Assembly (NCBI GenBank): GCA_963765765.1
Contig: CAVXYC010000015.1
Span: 640,001 to 704,000 of the forward strand
Direction of reading: 5' to 3'
DNA length: 64,000 nt
DNA from: an uncultured Chloroflexia bacterium
Lineage (GTDB): Bacteria > Chloroflexota > UBA6077 > JACCZL01
Part shown: piece after piece, positions 40,816 to 52,437 of the stretch
How positions within the stretch are numbered: position 1 is the stretch's first letter
Layout: the number at the start of each line of letters is the position of its first letter
Notes under the pieces: generated by a model
What the model was told of the DNA's origin: nothing
The model's input: only the letters and a program-made list of their open reading frames with translations
The model's database searches: none
Made by a program: the position numbers and the translations under genes

Positions 40816-41492
40816 GGTCGGCTATCCCCGTCGCGCCGCTGGACTACGCGATGGACAAAAACGCCCGACGTGGCGATGTTCTCAGGGTCAAGGCTGCCCA
40901 GCTCAACGATCTCGTCGACTTCTGCGATGGTGACGGTCGCGGCCATGGCCATCACTGGATTGAAATTGCGCATTGCCATCCGATACGTCAAATTCCCCCA
41001 TCGATCTCCCTTATGGGCGCGGATGATGGCGAAGTCCGCATGTAGTGGCTCTTCCAGTAGGAACTTTCCCCCTTTCATCTCAATAACCTGCTTACCCGCG
41101 GCCACATCGGTACCCACTCCCGTAGGGGTAAGGAAGCCGCCGAGCCCGGCCCCAGCGCAGCGCATGCGCTCAGACATCGTGCCCTGAGGGACGAGTTCCA
41201 ACTCTACTTCGCCTGACTTATGCAGCTCGCGGAAGACATGCCCATCTGGATAATGCGGAAACGAGCAGATGACCTTGCTGACCGCGCCTGCCAGCAAGAG
41301 CTCGGCGACGCCTTCGTCGCGGTTCCCCGCATTGTTATTGACTACCGTCAAGCGTTTGGCGCCTGATTTCGCGAGCGCTCCGATGAGCTGGTACGGCACA
41401 CCGACTTCACCAAATCCGCCGATGAGCACAATTGCTCCATCGAACACATCGCGAACCGCGTCTTCAGGATTGGAGACAATTTTATTGAGCAT
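40812..41492 (-). CDS. 3-oxoacid CoA-transferase subunit A (PcaI/ScoA)
   Basis: IGGFG, NNAG, PQGT..ER.R..GAG.GGF.TPTG.GT, DRWGNL.Y, NFNP.MA.AA. Confidence 0.93.
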   Translation of the reverse strand: MLNKIVSNPEDAVRDVFDGAIVLIGGFGEVGVPYQLIGALAKSGAKRLTVVNNNAGNRDEGVAELLLAGAVSKVICSFPHYPDGHVFRELHKSGEVELELVPQGTMSERMRCAGAGLGGFLTPTGVGTDVAAGKQVIEMKGGKFLLEEPLHADFAIIRAHKGDRWGNLTYRMAMRNFNPVMAMAATVTIAEVDEIVELGSLDPENIATSGVFVHRVVQRRDGDSRP

Positions 41493-41800
41493 CGGTGATG
41501 AGCTTGATCCCGGAATCTCGAGCGAGTGTCATTACTATCTGACTGGTTTCGGCAATGCAACACCATTGGATGCAGCAGGGCTCAAGCTTAGGCCCAGGCG
41601 CTAATGTGTCGCAATGGATACGTCCCGTTTCTGGTCCGTGCTGTGTCACGAACGTTTCGCGCATAGATGCGTAGGCAGCGCGCGATGCGCAGGCCCGGTT
41701 CGATGAATCGCTGCTGTGATCCGAATTGCATATCCGCTGCCCATCGTGTCTGTTACGATAGTGCGTCAGCGGCGGCTTTAGGCATCCTGGAGGCTCTTAG

Positions 41801-42721
41801 ATGCGGCGGATACTGTTCTCAGGCATCCTTGGGCTGCTTCTGAGTGCATGCGGTGGCTCCTCACCACCCCCAACCCCAACAACGGCGCCTCCGACATTGC
41901 CGCCACTTCCCACCGCGACGTTCGGTCCATCGCCCACATCCGGATCCAGCATTCTCATTCCGATTCTCACGCCGACCGTGGGAGCTACCGGTGCTACAAC
42001 GGAAGACCGTCTCGTCGTCATCAACACCGAGGGCGATGGCGCGAATATGCGCACAGACCCGTCACGGACCGCGCAGTCGCTCGTGATTGTTCCGGAGGGT
42101 GACACTCTGGATATCGTGGGGCCGGATCGCGCGGCGGACGGCATCACCTGGCGGAATGTGCGTGATCGACTCGGTAATACAGGTTGGATGAGCGCGGGCT
42201 TCCTGGGGCCGCCAGGCAGTCAGAGTACCGTGCCAACCCGGCCACCAGTCACGAGAGCACCCACTGCGCCGGCCAAGCCCGCTGCGCCGGCCAAGCCCGC
42301 TGCGCCGGCCAAGCCCACTGCGCCGGCCAAGCCCACTGCGCCCGCCAAACCGGCCGTTACGGCAACAGCCGCCCCAGCGGCACAACCCACCGCCGCGACG
42401 AAATCTCAGCCGACGGCAGCAGCAGCCGCAGGACTGGCCGTTCAAGCCAATGTTTCAAGGCCCACCATAGCAAGTGGTAGTCAGGGCTTACACGTCCGTG
42501 TGACAAACGGTGGCACGCCAGTACCGGGCGCGCGGGTAGTCGCGGTTGTGCAGGACCAGGGTGCCAATCGCACTCTAGATCTGGGGACGACCGATAGCGC
42601 CGGTGTTGCCACGCGATCATTTGACGTCGGCACGCCGCGCGGGACGGTGACGGTGAGTATTACCGTCACCACGCCCGATGCTCGATCGGTGAGTGCTTCG
42701 ACTTCGTACTCCTCGGGATAG
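41801..42721 (+). CDS. Lipoprotein with bacterial SH3 domain, Pro/Ala/Lys linker and Ig-like C-terminus
   Basis: Lipobox LSAC; NTEGDGANMR..PS...WRNV....GWMSA.FL; TDSAGVA. Confidence 0.85.
   Translation: MRRILFSGILGLLLSACGGSSPPPTPTTAPPTLPPLPTATFGPSPTSGSSILIPILTPTVGATGATTEDRLVVINTEGDGANMRTDPSRTAQSLVIVPEGDTLDIVGPDRAADGITWRNVRDRLGNTGWMSAGFLGPPGSQSTVPTRPPVTRAPTAPAKPAAPAKPAAPAKPTAPAKPTAPAKPAVTATAAPAAQPTAATKSQPTAAAAAGLAVQANVSRPTIASGSQGLHVRVTNGGTPVPGARVVAVVQDQGANRTLDLGTTDSAGVATRSFDVGTPRGTVTVSITVTTPDARSVSASTSYSSG
42266..42355 (+). repeat. Coding 18-bp tandem repeat (APAKPA/T x5)
   Basis: GCGCCGGCCAAGCCC(G/A)CT, four near-perfect units plus one degenerate. Confidence 0.9.
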
Positions 42722-42729
42722 TGAACCGG

Positions 42730-43764
42730 CTAGCGCCCAAGCACCGGATATCCCTGGAAACGATCCCAAGCGGGCTGCTTCCGTTTAAAGTCAGGGGCCG
42801 GGCCGAGCAGGCCAAAGCAGCACTCCCAGTATTCCTGGGTGTCGTGGAGCATGTGGTAATGCGCGAATTCGACGTAGGGCTGATCCAACAGCCAGCGAAA
42901 CGTCCAGTCGAAAGACTCCGCCACTCCTCGACTATCGAGCCAGTTCGAATTCCAGCCGTATTCTGTGAGCCAGATCGGAACGTCTCGGCCGCGTGCGCGG
43001 GTCCCCGCGTACAGCTTGCGCACCTTGTCGGTCTCCACGGGATCGCTGCGATGATCGGCATATGAATGGACCGAGATCGCGTCATAAGGAAGGTCCGTGG
43101 AAAGCCACTGGGCAAAATCCCAGCCGGTCAACGTGCCAACGCCGACGCGCGCGGTCGGGTTCGCTTCTTTGATGGCCGCGTAGAACGCTCGGTACCAGAA
43201 TTCGTACTCGGCCGGGTCTCGCATGCCTTCCCACATCTCGGGCTCGTTCCAAAATTCCCACGTCTTCACATGAGCGTAGCGCCGCGCCATGATGCTCATC
43301 GTCGTCTGGAACGCGGCGACGTTGTCCCGATTGAGCCGGCACTTCAGATGGCTCTCGAAGCACTCGGCCCCGTTCCAGGTGGCCCATGGGGGCATCGTGG
43401 CGACGACCGGCAGTACGTCAATTCCACGATCTCTGAGGCCAAAGATGATCGGGTCAAGCTGATCGAATCGTCGGTCGCCTTCCACGACTTCGATGTGTAA
43501 CCAGTCCACCGCCAACCGTACGTTGGTGGTCCCGACCTCCGCGTATTCGTCAAGCAGGCGAGGGCCGTAGCGGTCGGCGTACCACCAGTGCCCCACGATG
43601 CCCTTGATTCCTGCTCGTTCGGGCGGAATGATGATCGTGCGCTGCGCCTCAGTCGGAGCCGGAGCGAGGTGCATGCTGATCAATAGCGCGGCGAACCCGC
43701 TCAGCGTCAAACGGGCCAGAAATCGAGAGGAGTTGAACATGGCGGCGAATAATACACTCATCAT
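42730..43764 (-). CDS. Secreted clan GH-A glycoside hydrolase (GH5/GH39-like)
   Basis: Signal peptide; WEFWNEPE (acid/base), SVHSY, IWLTEYGW (nucleophile). Confidence 0.82.
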   Translation of the reverse strand: MMSVLFAAMFNSSRFLARLTLSGFAALLISMHLAPAPTEAQRTIIIPPERAGIKGIVGHWWYADRYGPRLLDEYAEVGTTNVRLAVDWLHIEVVEGDRRFDQLDPIIFGLRDRGIDVLPVVATMPPWATWNGAECFESHLKCRLNRDNVAAFQTTMSIMARRYAHVKTWEFWNEPEMWEGMRDPAEYEFWYRAFYAAIKEANPTARVGVGTLTGWDFAQWLSTDLPYDAISVHSYADHRSDPVETDKVRKLYAGTRARGRDVPIWLTEYGWNSNWLDSRGVAESFDWTFRWLLDQPYVEFAHYHMLHDTQEYWECCFGLLGPAPDFKRKQPAWDRFQGYPVLGR

Positions 43765-43869
43765 TGGTCTGGGTACGCCACCGGATTACTGGTGGCCACC
43801 TCGGCAAAACGAACGACGAGGCAGGTTGTCTCGCGGGTCGCCCTTACGCAGGTTGCTGGGGGGCGAAAG

Positions 43870-43904
43870 GAAAGGGACGGTGCCCCGTGGGCACCGTCCC
43901 TTTC
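43870..43904 (-). terminator. Intrinsic terminator after groEL
   Basis: 16-bp perfect stem GAAAGGGACGGTGCCC/GGGCACCGTCCCTTTC, 3-nt loop, pyrimidine tail on the minus strand. Confidence 0.8.
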
Positions 43905-43925
43905 AAGGATAGCTAGCGTCTGGAC

Positions 43926-45879
<1,954 letters not shown>

Positions 45880-46079
45880 AGCACTCCTCCCGATGGCTAG
45901 TGAAATTTCTCAATGAGCCTGTTTCACGGGCTCGTGGATGGGTATACGGCTCGCCGTGTAAGAGGAGCATTAGAAGGGGGTAAGAAGATTGTGTGAGCCG
46001 TCTAATTGACGGCCAATGGCGTTCACGGTGGCTTGTCTCGACTGCCACCTCTGGTCCGCCGTTCGTACAATCTTGACGT

Positions 46080-47243
46080 ATGCACCTTCGCAAGCTTTCG
46101 CTGATGAACTACCGGAATTACCAGCGCTGCTTGCTCGATTTCGATCCTGGAGCCACGATTTTCCACGGCGATAACGGGCAGGGGAAGACGAATCTTCTCG
46201 AGGCCGTGTACTTGCTGGCTACCACGAAGTCGTTCCGAACCACGGTTGATCGCGAGCTCATGAGCTGGCGGGCTATCCAGGATAGGCTGCTTTTTTCGCG
46301 AGTGGAAGGTTGGGTCGGCCGCAAGGCCGGCGACCTGCACATGGAGATGCTGCTCAAAGGCGACGCGAACGGCGCCACAGCGGCTGATGAAGCTCCAGCG
46401 ATAACCAAGCTCATCAAGCTCAATGGACTTCCCGCGCGAGCCTCGCAGATTGTGGGCGAGCTCAATGCAGTGGTCTTCAGTCCGGAGGACCTAGAGCTGC
46501 TGCACGGCGCGCCGTCCGGAAGACGTCGATACCTCGATCTCACTCGCTCCCAGATCGATCGATCCTATCTGCGGGCTCTCCAGCGATATCAGCGCGTCCT
46601 GGCACAGCGGAATCATCTCCTGCGTCAAATTCGCGATCGTCGTCAGGAGCGCTCGTCACTCTCTATCTGGAATGACGAGCTAATCCAGCTCGGCAGCACA
46701 ATCGTTCGGCATCGCATAGCTCTCATCACCGATCTGAACCATGCCATGTCCGACCTTTATCGGCGATTGACGCGTACGGAGCGCCTCCTGGAGCTGAAAT
46801 ATCGAGCCAGCAGCCAGCCAGACCTTGGTGATATCTCGGACGAAGAAGGGCGGGCGTCGTTTAGATCGAAGCTTGAGCAGCTCAAGCAGAGGGAGCTTGA
46901 TCAAGGCGTCTCACTGGTGGGACCGCATCGTGACGATTTCACGTTTCTTGTTGACGGTGTGGACATGGGCGCATTTGGCTCTCGAGGCGAGCAGCGCATC
47001 GTGGCGGTGGCACTCAAGTTGGCAGAAGCAGTCGTGATCCGTACACTCATGAACGACAGTCCCGTGCTGCTCCTCGATGACATCCTTTCTGAGCTCGATC
47101 CAACGCGACGCCAGTTCGTCCAGGAGCAGATACAGGGTGACTTTCAAACGCTCATCACCGTGGCAGATCTGACCACATGCGACGACCTGCTTCTAGCCGG
47201 GGCCAAGCAGTTTCGAGTGGAGCGCGGGACCATCGAGGGCTGA
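46080..47243 (+). CDS. recF: DNA replication/repair protein RecF
   Basis: NYRNY, GDNGQGKTNLLEA, FSPEDL, GPHRDD, GSRGEQR, LLLDDILSELD. Confidence 0.96.
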   Translation: MHLRKLSLMNYRNYQRCLLDFDPGATIFHGDNGQGKTNLLEAVYLLATTKSFRTTVDRELMSWRAIQDRLLFSRVEGWVGRKAGDLHMEMLLKGDANGATAADEAPAITKLIKLNGLPARASQIVGELNAVVFSPEDLELLHGAPSGRRRYLDLTRSQIDRSYLRALQRYQRVLAQRNHLLRQIRDRRQERSSLSIWNDELIQLGSTIVRHRIALITDLNHAMSDLYRRLTRTERLLELKYRASSQPDLGDISDEEGRASFRSKLEQLKQRELDQGVSLVGPHRDDFTFLVDGVDMGAFGSRGEQRIVAVALKLAEAVVIRTLMNDSPVLLLDDILSELDPTRRQFVQEQIQGDFQTLITVADLTTCDDLLLAGAKQFRVERGTIEG

Positions 47244-47307
47244 TGGGAGATATACCGGCGTGCCAGAACTTACAGGACTATAATTTGCCGGTGAACGGAG
47301 GACTACG

Positions 47308-47664
47308 GTGAATTTCCTTGGCATGGGGCCAATGGAGCTCGTGCTCATCATGGTGCTCGCTCTCATTGTCTTTGGGCCCGGCAAGCTTCCGGAGATTGCG
47401 GGGCAGGTTGGCAGGATGGTGCGCGACTTTCGCAATGCCACCAGTGATATGAGCTCGGAGTTCAACAAGGCATTCACACTCGAGTCCCAGGAGTCCTCCA
47501 GTCCTCCCCCGGCCCCCGCTCAGCCCAGCCTTCCGAGTACCGTAGCTTCCAATGAGCCATCAACCGCGACGACCGACCCCAGTGAGTCGAATGATCAACC
47601 TCGCATCGCGCCGCCTTCGGCAGTTTCAGCGGCGCGATCCGTGGATCTTCAGCCACCGTACTGA
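47308..47664 (+). CDS. Twin-arginine translocase TatA/TatB family subunit
   Basis: GMGPMELVLIMVLALIVFGPGKLPEIA...GRMVRDFR. Confidence 0.92.
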   Translation: MNFLGMGPMELVLIMVLALIVFGPGKLPEIAGQVGRMVRDFRNATSDMSSEFNKAFTLESQESSSPPPAPAQPSLPSTVASNEPSTATTDPSESNDQPRIAPPSAVSAARSVDLQPPY

Positions 47665-47805
47665 TTGGCGGCATCAGTGCTGAGAAAGCGGTGGATATCG
47701 AGCTTGATAGCAGGAATCGCGATGTACAATGTGAACGCGTCCCAGACCCAGCGTCACGGAATTGGGACTCAATGTGCGTGACCAGTTGGGCGAGAGGAGC
47801 GTGCA

Positions 47806-48345
47806 GTGATTGAAGTCTTCGTCGAAAGCATTCGAGTAAATATGACCAACTACAAACGGGTGGTCATGTTGAAGGAGAAGACGAACTCCCGGTTTCTGCC
47901 CATCTGGATTGGCCATTTCGAGGCTGACGCTATTGCCATTCCGATGCAGAATGTGCCGGTCTCCCGCCCTCTGACACACGATCTGCTCAGCTCCATAGTA
48001 AGCGCGTTGGGCGCGACGGTAACGCAGGTTGTCATTAATCGTCTGGCAGACGAAACGTTCTACGCAAAGCTCATCATCGAGGTGGAAGGCAAGCAGGTCG
48101 AGGTGGATTCACGGCCGAGCGACGCTATCGCCGTGGCGATTCGAGCCAAGGTCCCGATCTACGTCGACGAGTCTGTACTTGATCAGGCCGGGATGGTCTT
48201 CGAGAACGAGGGCGATGAGACGTCGGGCGAACCAGCGGCCACCATTGAGATCGACGAGAGTAAGCTCGGCGTGTTCAAGGACTTCATCGAAACGCTCGAC
48301 ATCGAAGATCTCGGTAAGGGCGGCGGAGAACCCAAGAGTCGGTAG
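47806..48345 (+). CDS. Bifunctional nuclease (DUF151) family protein
   Basis: LPIWIG.FEA.AIA, RPLTHDL, TFYA, DSRPSDAIA.A.R. Confidence 0.95.
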   Translation: MIEVFVESIRVNMTNYKRVVMLKEKTNSRFLPIWIGHFEADAIAIPMQNVPVSRPLTHDLLSSIVSALGATVTQVVINRLADETFYAKLIIEVEGKQVEVDSRPSDAIAVAIRAKVPIYVDESVLDQAGMVFENEGDETSGEPAATIEIDESKLGVFKDFIETLDIEDLGKGGGEPKSR

Positions 48346-48428
48346 GACCCCTACGAGGTGAGTGTCTCCACTCTGGACGTGCTCCAGAGTTCTTGGATCG
48401 TCGCGAACGTATACTCTGAGCTACACCC

Positions 48429-48683
48429 ATGCGTCTTCGACTGAAGCTATTCGCATCATTTCGTGAGACCGTCGGCGCCCGCGACCTTGAGTGGAGCATC
48501 GATGAGCCTGCCACCGTTGATGATCTCCTGAATTCGTTGGTCAATCGTTACCCGGGACTCGCTGCCACACTGAATCAGGGGATGGTGGCTCTCAATCACG
48601 AGTACGTGGCGAATGACACTCGGCTCTCAGACGGCGACGAAGTCGGTCTTATTCCTCCCGTGAGCGGCGGCGCGCTTCCCTGA
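48429..48683 (+). CDS. moaD: Molybdopterin synthase sulfur carrier
   Basis: LFAS.RE..G, ALNHEY, DGDEV.LIPPVSGG (plus ALP extension). Confidence 0.92.
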   Translation: MRLRLKLFASFRETVGARDLEWSIDEPATVDDLLNSLVNRYPGLAATLNQGMVALNHEYVANDTRLSDGDEVGLIPPVSGGALP

Positions 48684-49156
48684 TGTCGGAGAGTACCTTG
48701 GACATGTTCAAGATCGTTGATGAGCCCATTGACGTCGCAAAGTTGGCGGATGTTGTACGCACCGACGAATGCGGCGCTGTCTGCACGTTTCTTGGCGTTG
48801 CCCGCCTGTACTCCCGTGGTCGTGAGGTCGTGCATCTCGAGTACGAAGCCTACCCGGAAATGGCCGAGAAGAAGATGGCTGAGATTGCCCGTGAGATCCA
48901 GGAGCGCTGGGGCACGGAGCGGGTTGCCATGCTGCATCGCACCGGGGTGCTGAAGATTGGCGAGGCGTCGGTGGGTATTGCCGTTGCTTCGCCCCATCGC
49001 CGAGAGGCGTTCGAGGCGTGTCAATATGCCATTGACCGTCTCAAGACGATCGTGCCAATCTGGAAGAAGGAAGTCTGGTCCAACGGTGAGCAGTGGATCG
49101 GCTGGGAAGGCCAGCCGCCTGCCGATCTGACACCTGAGAAGCCGCAGCGAGCCTAA
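48683..49156 (+). CDS. moaE: Molybdopterin synthase catalytic subunit
   Basis: GA..TF.G..R, LEYEAY..MA, HR.G.L.IGE, SPHR.EAF.A, ID.LK..VPIWKKE. Confidence 0.95.
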   Translation: MSESTLDMFKIVDEPIDVAKLADVVRTDECGAVCTFLGVARLYSRGREVVHLEYEAYPEMAEKKMAEIAREIQERWGTERVAMLHRTGVLKIGEASVGIAVASPHRREAFEACQYAIDRLKTIVPIWKKEVWSNGEQWIGWEGQPPADLTPEKPQRA

Positions 49157-49181
49157 CCAGATGACCCGTCCCCTCGTGTTT

Positions 49182-49250
49182 GTAGACCGGAGAATTTATT
49201 CCGCCGTCTTATGAGACCTCGGGGAAACGGCGGGATAAATTCCGGTCTAC
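49182..49250. repeat. GTAG-type REP doublet (REPIN-like)
   Basis: GTAGACCGGAGAATTTATTCCGCCGT ... ACGGCGGGATAAATTCCGGTCTAC between convergent moaE and aldolase. Confidence 0.8.
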
Positions 49251-49903
49251 GAGCAGGGCCTTAGCTTATTGATTCCGCAGACGAGCCTGTTCGTCTGGGA
49301 CAGAGGCTTCAGCCCCCGAAGGCCTGCCGCGGCGCACTCGATTGCGCAGAGCCGCTCAAGTAGCTCCATGCGCTGCAGCGCTAACTCGAGCGTTTCACCG
49401 ATGGTCAGCGCACCGTGGTGCGCGAGCAATAGCGTTCGTGACTCAGCGATGTTGGATCGTAATGTTGATCCCATCGCATCCGTTCCCGGGTGTGCGTAGG
49501 GCACCAGTCGAACGGGACCCAGCGTGACGATAGACTCCGCCAGTGCTCTCCATTCAGGGAGCTGTCCTGATGCGGCGAACGCCGTGGCAGCGACCGGATG
49601 CGCGTGGATGACCGCCCGTGCTTCCGAGCACATCTCGTATGCAGCGAGATGCAACGCTAGCTCAGTAGAGGGCTGCCGATCACCTCGAATGACCGATCCA
49701 GACGCCGAAAGGACAATCAGATCATCAGGCTGAAGCTCGTTCTTTCTCGTGCCCGCCGCGGTGATGATGAGATTTCTCTTTTCGTCTCGGGCACTCAAGT
49801 TCCCTTCGGCCGCGGCAATGAGTCCACTGGAGCCCAGGCGTCGACCTGCCCGAATGAGCTGCCAGCCAATCTCACCGAAGCGCGGATCAAAGCTGCCGTC
49901 CAT
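49247..49903 (-). CDS. Class II aldolase/adducin family protein
   Basis: EGNLSAR, PSTE..LH...Y, VIHAHP, LLAHHG. Confidence 0.9.
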   Translation of the reverse strand: MDGSFDPRFGEIGWQLIRAGRRLGSSGLIAAAEGNLSARDEKRNLIITAAGTRKNELQPDDLIVLSASGSVIRGDRQPSTELALHLAAYEMCSEARAVIHAHPVAATAFAASGQLPEWRALAESIVTLGPVRLVPYAHPGTDAMGSTLRSNIAESRTLLLAHHGALTIGETLELALQRMELLERLCAIECAAAGLRGLKPLSQTNRLVCGINKLRPCS

Positions 49904-49907
49904 GGAT

Positions 49908-50966
49908 TTAGACCGCTGTCGGCCTGGCCAAGTGTAGCAACAGTGTTTGCTCGTTGAGCGGCTGCACGATGCCACGTTCAGTGATGAGCGCGGTGACCAA
50001 CGATGCCGGTGTCACGTCGAATGCGGGATTGTAGACACTAGCATCGGGGGCTCCCAGTGGCTGGCCGAATGGCGAAAGCACTTCTGAAGCGTCGCGTTCC
50101 TCAATGATGATGTCATCCCCGTGCGCAGTGTTCATGTCGATCGTGGAGATCGGTGCGGCCACGTACATGGGTATGCCGTGCGCTCTGGCGGCAAGAGCCA
50201 GTCCATACGTGCCAATCTTGTTTGCCACGTCACCATTCGCAGCCACGCGATCGGCTCCCACCATTACGGCGTCTACCTGTCTCGTTCGCATGACAGCGGC
50301 GGCAGCGCCATCGCAAATGACGGTCGTGGGAATTCCCGCTTGAGTGAGCTCCCAGGCCGTAAGTCGTGATCCCTGCAGCAGAGGTCGGGTCTCATCCGCA
50401 ATCACATTGATGTTCAATCCGCGCGCGCTGGCAACGTAAATGGGTGCCAATGCTGTGCCGTAACGGACAGTTGCGAGTCCTCCCGCGTTGCAGTGCGTGA
50501 GTATGGTCATTCCGTCCTGAAGGAGCTTGGCACCGGCGTAACCGATGCTCTCGCAGACGCGCTCATCCTCCTCCAGCATTTCGCGAGCTAGCTCAAGAGC
50601 GCGAGCCCGGAATGCGTCAGCAGAGAGATCAAGAGACGACTCCAGATCTCGCTCCACCCGCTCCAGAGCCCAGAAAAGGTTGACGGCGGTTGGGCGGGAC
50701 GTTCGCAGCCGTTGGTGCGCCGCGAGCACATGCGGCCAGAGGTCGTGACCGTTGATCCCATCGGTGTTTACAATGCCCAGCCAGGCGCCGAATGCCGCTG
50801 CTGCTCCGATTGCTGGCGCTCCGCGTACCCGAAGCTCGCGGATAGCTTCCCAGAGCATCTCCACCGAGTGGATGGCGACTTGTTGGTAGCTGGACGGTAG
50901 GAGCGCCTGGTCAACGATCCAGAGTTGTCCGTCGCGGAATTCGATCGTGCGGATCTGCTTGGTCAT
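49908..50966 (-). CDS. mtnA: S-methyl-5-thioribose-1-phosphate isomerase
   Basis: VRGAPAIG, SRPTAVNL, LTHCNAG.LAT, DETRPLLQG.RLTAWEL, GADR...GD.ANKIGTY, NPAFDVTP. Confidence 0.95.
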   Translation of the reverse strand: MTKQIRTIEFRDGQLWIVDQALLPSSYQQVAIHSVEMLWEAIRELRVRGAPAIGAAAAFGAWLGIVNTDGINGHDLWPHVLAAHQRLRTSRPTAVNLFWALERVERDLESSLDLSADAFRARALELAREMLEEDERVCESIGYAGAKLLQDGMTILTHCNAGGLATVRYGTALAPIYVASARGLNINVIADETRPLLQGSRLTAWELTQAGIPTTVICDGAAAAVMRTRQVDAVMVGADRVAANGDVANKIGTYGLALAARAHGIPMYVAAPISTIDMNTAHGDDIIIEERDASEVLSPFGQPLGAPDASVYNPAFDVTPASLVTALITERGIVQPLNEQTLLLHLARPTAV

Positions 50967-51098
50967 GCGCACGGGAATTGTAGCCTCGGGACTCACCACG
51001 CCTGTAACAGACCCACTACGACCAGTCGCGCCTGTTTTCTTCAGGGCGGAGATCGCTATGATACGCGCCGTCCAAAGGGTAGGACTGGAGTGGATTGA

Positions 51099-51878
51099 GT
51101 GACTGCTATCGCGCTCGTCTTATCGTCTATTCAAGAAAAGGTACTCACGGGGCGGCTACGGGCGATTCTGCTGGGAAGTGTTGCGCTGGTTGCCACGTTG
51201 ATTTCTACGCCAACGGCAGCAGTGGCCGACGATATCAAGTTCTCATGCCCAATGCTCTACTACCACGATGTGCCATCGCAGGCGGGGCTCGATGCGCAGA
51301 TCAACGCGCTCATGCGTGCGGGCTACCACCCAACCACGGTGAGCGCGGTATTGGACGCGCTAGACGGCGATACGCCGCCACCGCCCGGATGCATCGTGTT
51401 GACCTTCGACGACGCGCTCAGATCCCAGCATCGGAACGCCCTCCCTGTGCTGACTCGATGGGCCGTGAATGGGACGTTTTTCATGATGCCCAGCTTCCGT
51501 GATGGCGTTCACGTGTACATGTCGCCAGAGGAGATCCAAGAGGTGGCCGATTCAGGCATGGAGATTGGCTCCCACACGCTCAACCACGCCAGCTTGCCCG
51601 CCTTGCGCAGGGCGAACCTGGGGGCATTCTTCGCTGAGATAATCGTTTCTCGCAGTCAGATCGAAAATCTCATTGGACGGCCGGTCGATCTCTTCGCCTA
51701 TCCCAACGGAGCGGTGGACGCACCGACGGCCGCGGAGATCGAGTCTGCCGGATATCGAGGCGCGGCCACGACAATCCAGGGAGCCTGGCAGACCTCGAAT
51801 TTGCGCTACTACCTGCGTCGATATCCCGCGAATCCCTGGGAGGCTCCATCGGAGATCCTCACTAGGATACGGTCCTGA
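51099..51878 (+). CDS. Polysaccharide deacetylase (CE4/NodB)
   Basis: LYYH, LTFDD, EIGSHT.NH, FAYPNG. Confidence 0.9.
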   Translation: MTAIALVLSSIQEKVLTGRLRAILLGSVALVATLISTPTAAVADDIKFSCPMLYYHDVPSQAGLDAQINALMRAGYHPTTVSAVLDALDGDTPPPPGCIVLTFDDALRSQHRNALPVLTRWAVNGTFFMMPSFRDGVHVYMSPEEIQEVADSGMEIGSHTLNHASLPALRRANLGAFFAEIIVSRSQIENLIGRPVDLFAYPNGAVDAPTAAEIESAGYRGAATTIQGAWQTSNLRYYLRRYPANPWEAPSEILTRIRS

Positions 51879-51944
51879 AGCAAGGGCTCCCGGTGACCCT
51901 GGTCGGTACAATGGTGATGAACACCCCGTGATAGAGGTTAGTCG

Positions 51945-52118
51945 GTGGACGATCAAACGCCCGAGATGGAACGGATTAGCGCAGAGATGCGCGAGCTCAT
52001 GCGGAAATGGATTCAGAATCCCGACGACAAGTATTTGAAACAACGCTACAGCGACTTACAGCGGCGCTATCAGGACCTGTTCGTCGACTTCCGAAAGCGA
52101 AGCGATCGAGTCGCTTGA
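51945..52118 (+). CDS. Small hypothetical protein (57 aa, missed by the ORF track)
   Basis: GAGG RBS then GTG; MDDQTPEMERISAEMRELMRKWIQNPDDKYLKQRYSDLQRRYQDLFVDFRKRSDRVA, helical-hairpin pattern. Confidence 0.6.
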   Translation: MDDQTPEMERISAEMRELMRKWIQNPDDKYLKQRYSDLQRRYQDLFVDFRKRSDRVA

Positions 52119-52123
52119 CTCCA

Positions 52124-52340
52124 CTAGGACTCGTCGGGCTCAACTCCATTGGTCACCGCGCTCAGGAAGTCATAGGTTTTTCGGAAACGCTTCAGAACGG
52201 TACTTACGTCATCCGAGGGGCCGGAATAGCGCTCCGCCCAGCGGGCCGCCAACTGGCAGCTTTGCCACGGCTTCATCGCCGGCTTGGACACCGATGAGCT
52301 CGTTGGCGAGGGGTAATTGTGACTCGGGCGGAATTGACAT
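52124..52340 (-). CDS. Small hypothetical protein (frameshifted, missed by the ORF track)
   Basis: AAGGAGG RBS; MSIPPESQLPLANELIGV...LAARWAERYS...VLKRFR/KTYDFLSAV joined across frames. Confidence 0.5.
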
Positions 52341-52437
52341 TCGGAATACGCCTCCTTGTTGCGTGCGTGACTATACCAACCTCGAATAGCGTAAACGGTC
52401 GCCCACCCATCGACCTTCAGAGGGAGCCCACCAGGTC

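Noticed and set aside
42266-42355. Tandem repeat considered as a CRISPR or non-coding array
   Set aside because: No spacers; in-frame 18-bp units encoding an APAKPA linker; no cas genes in the window
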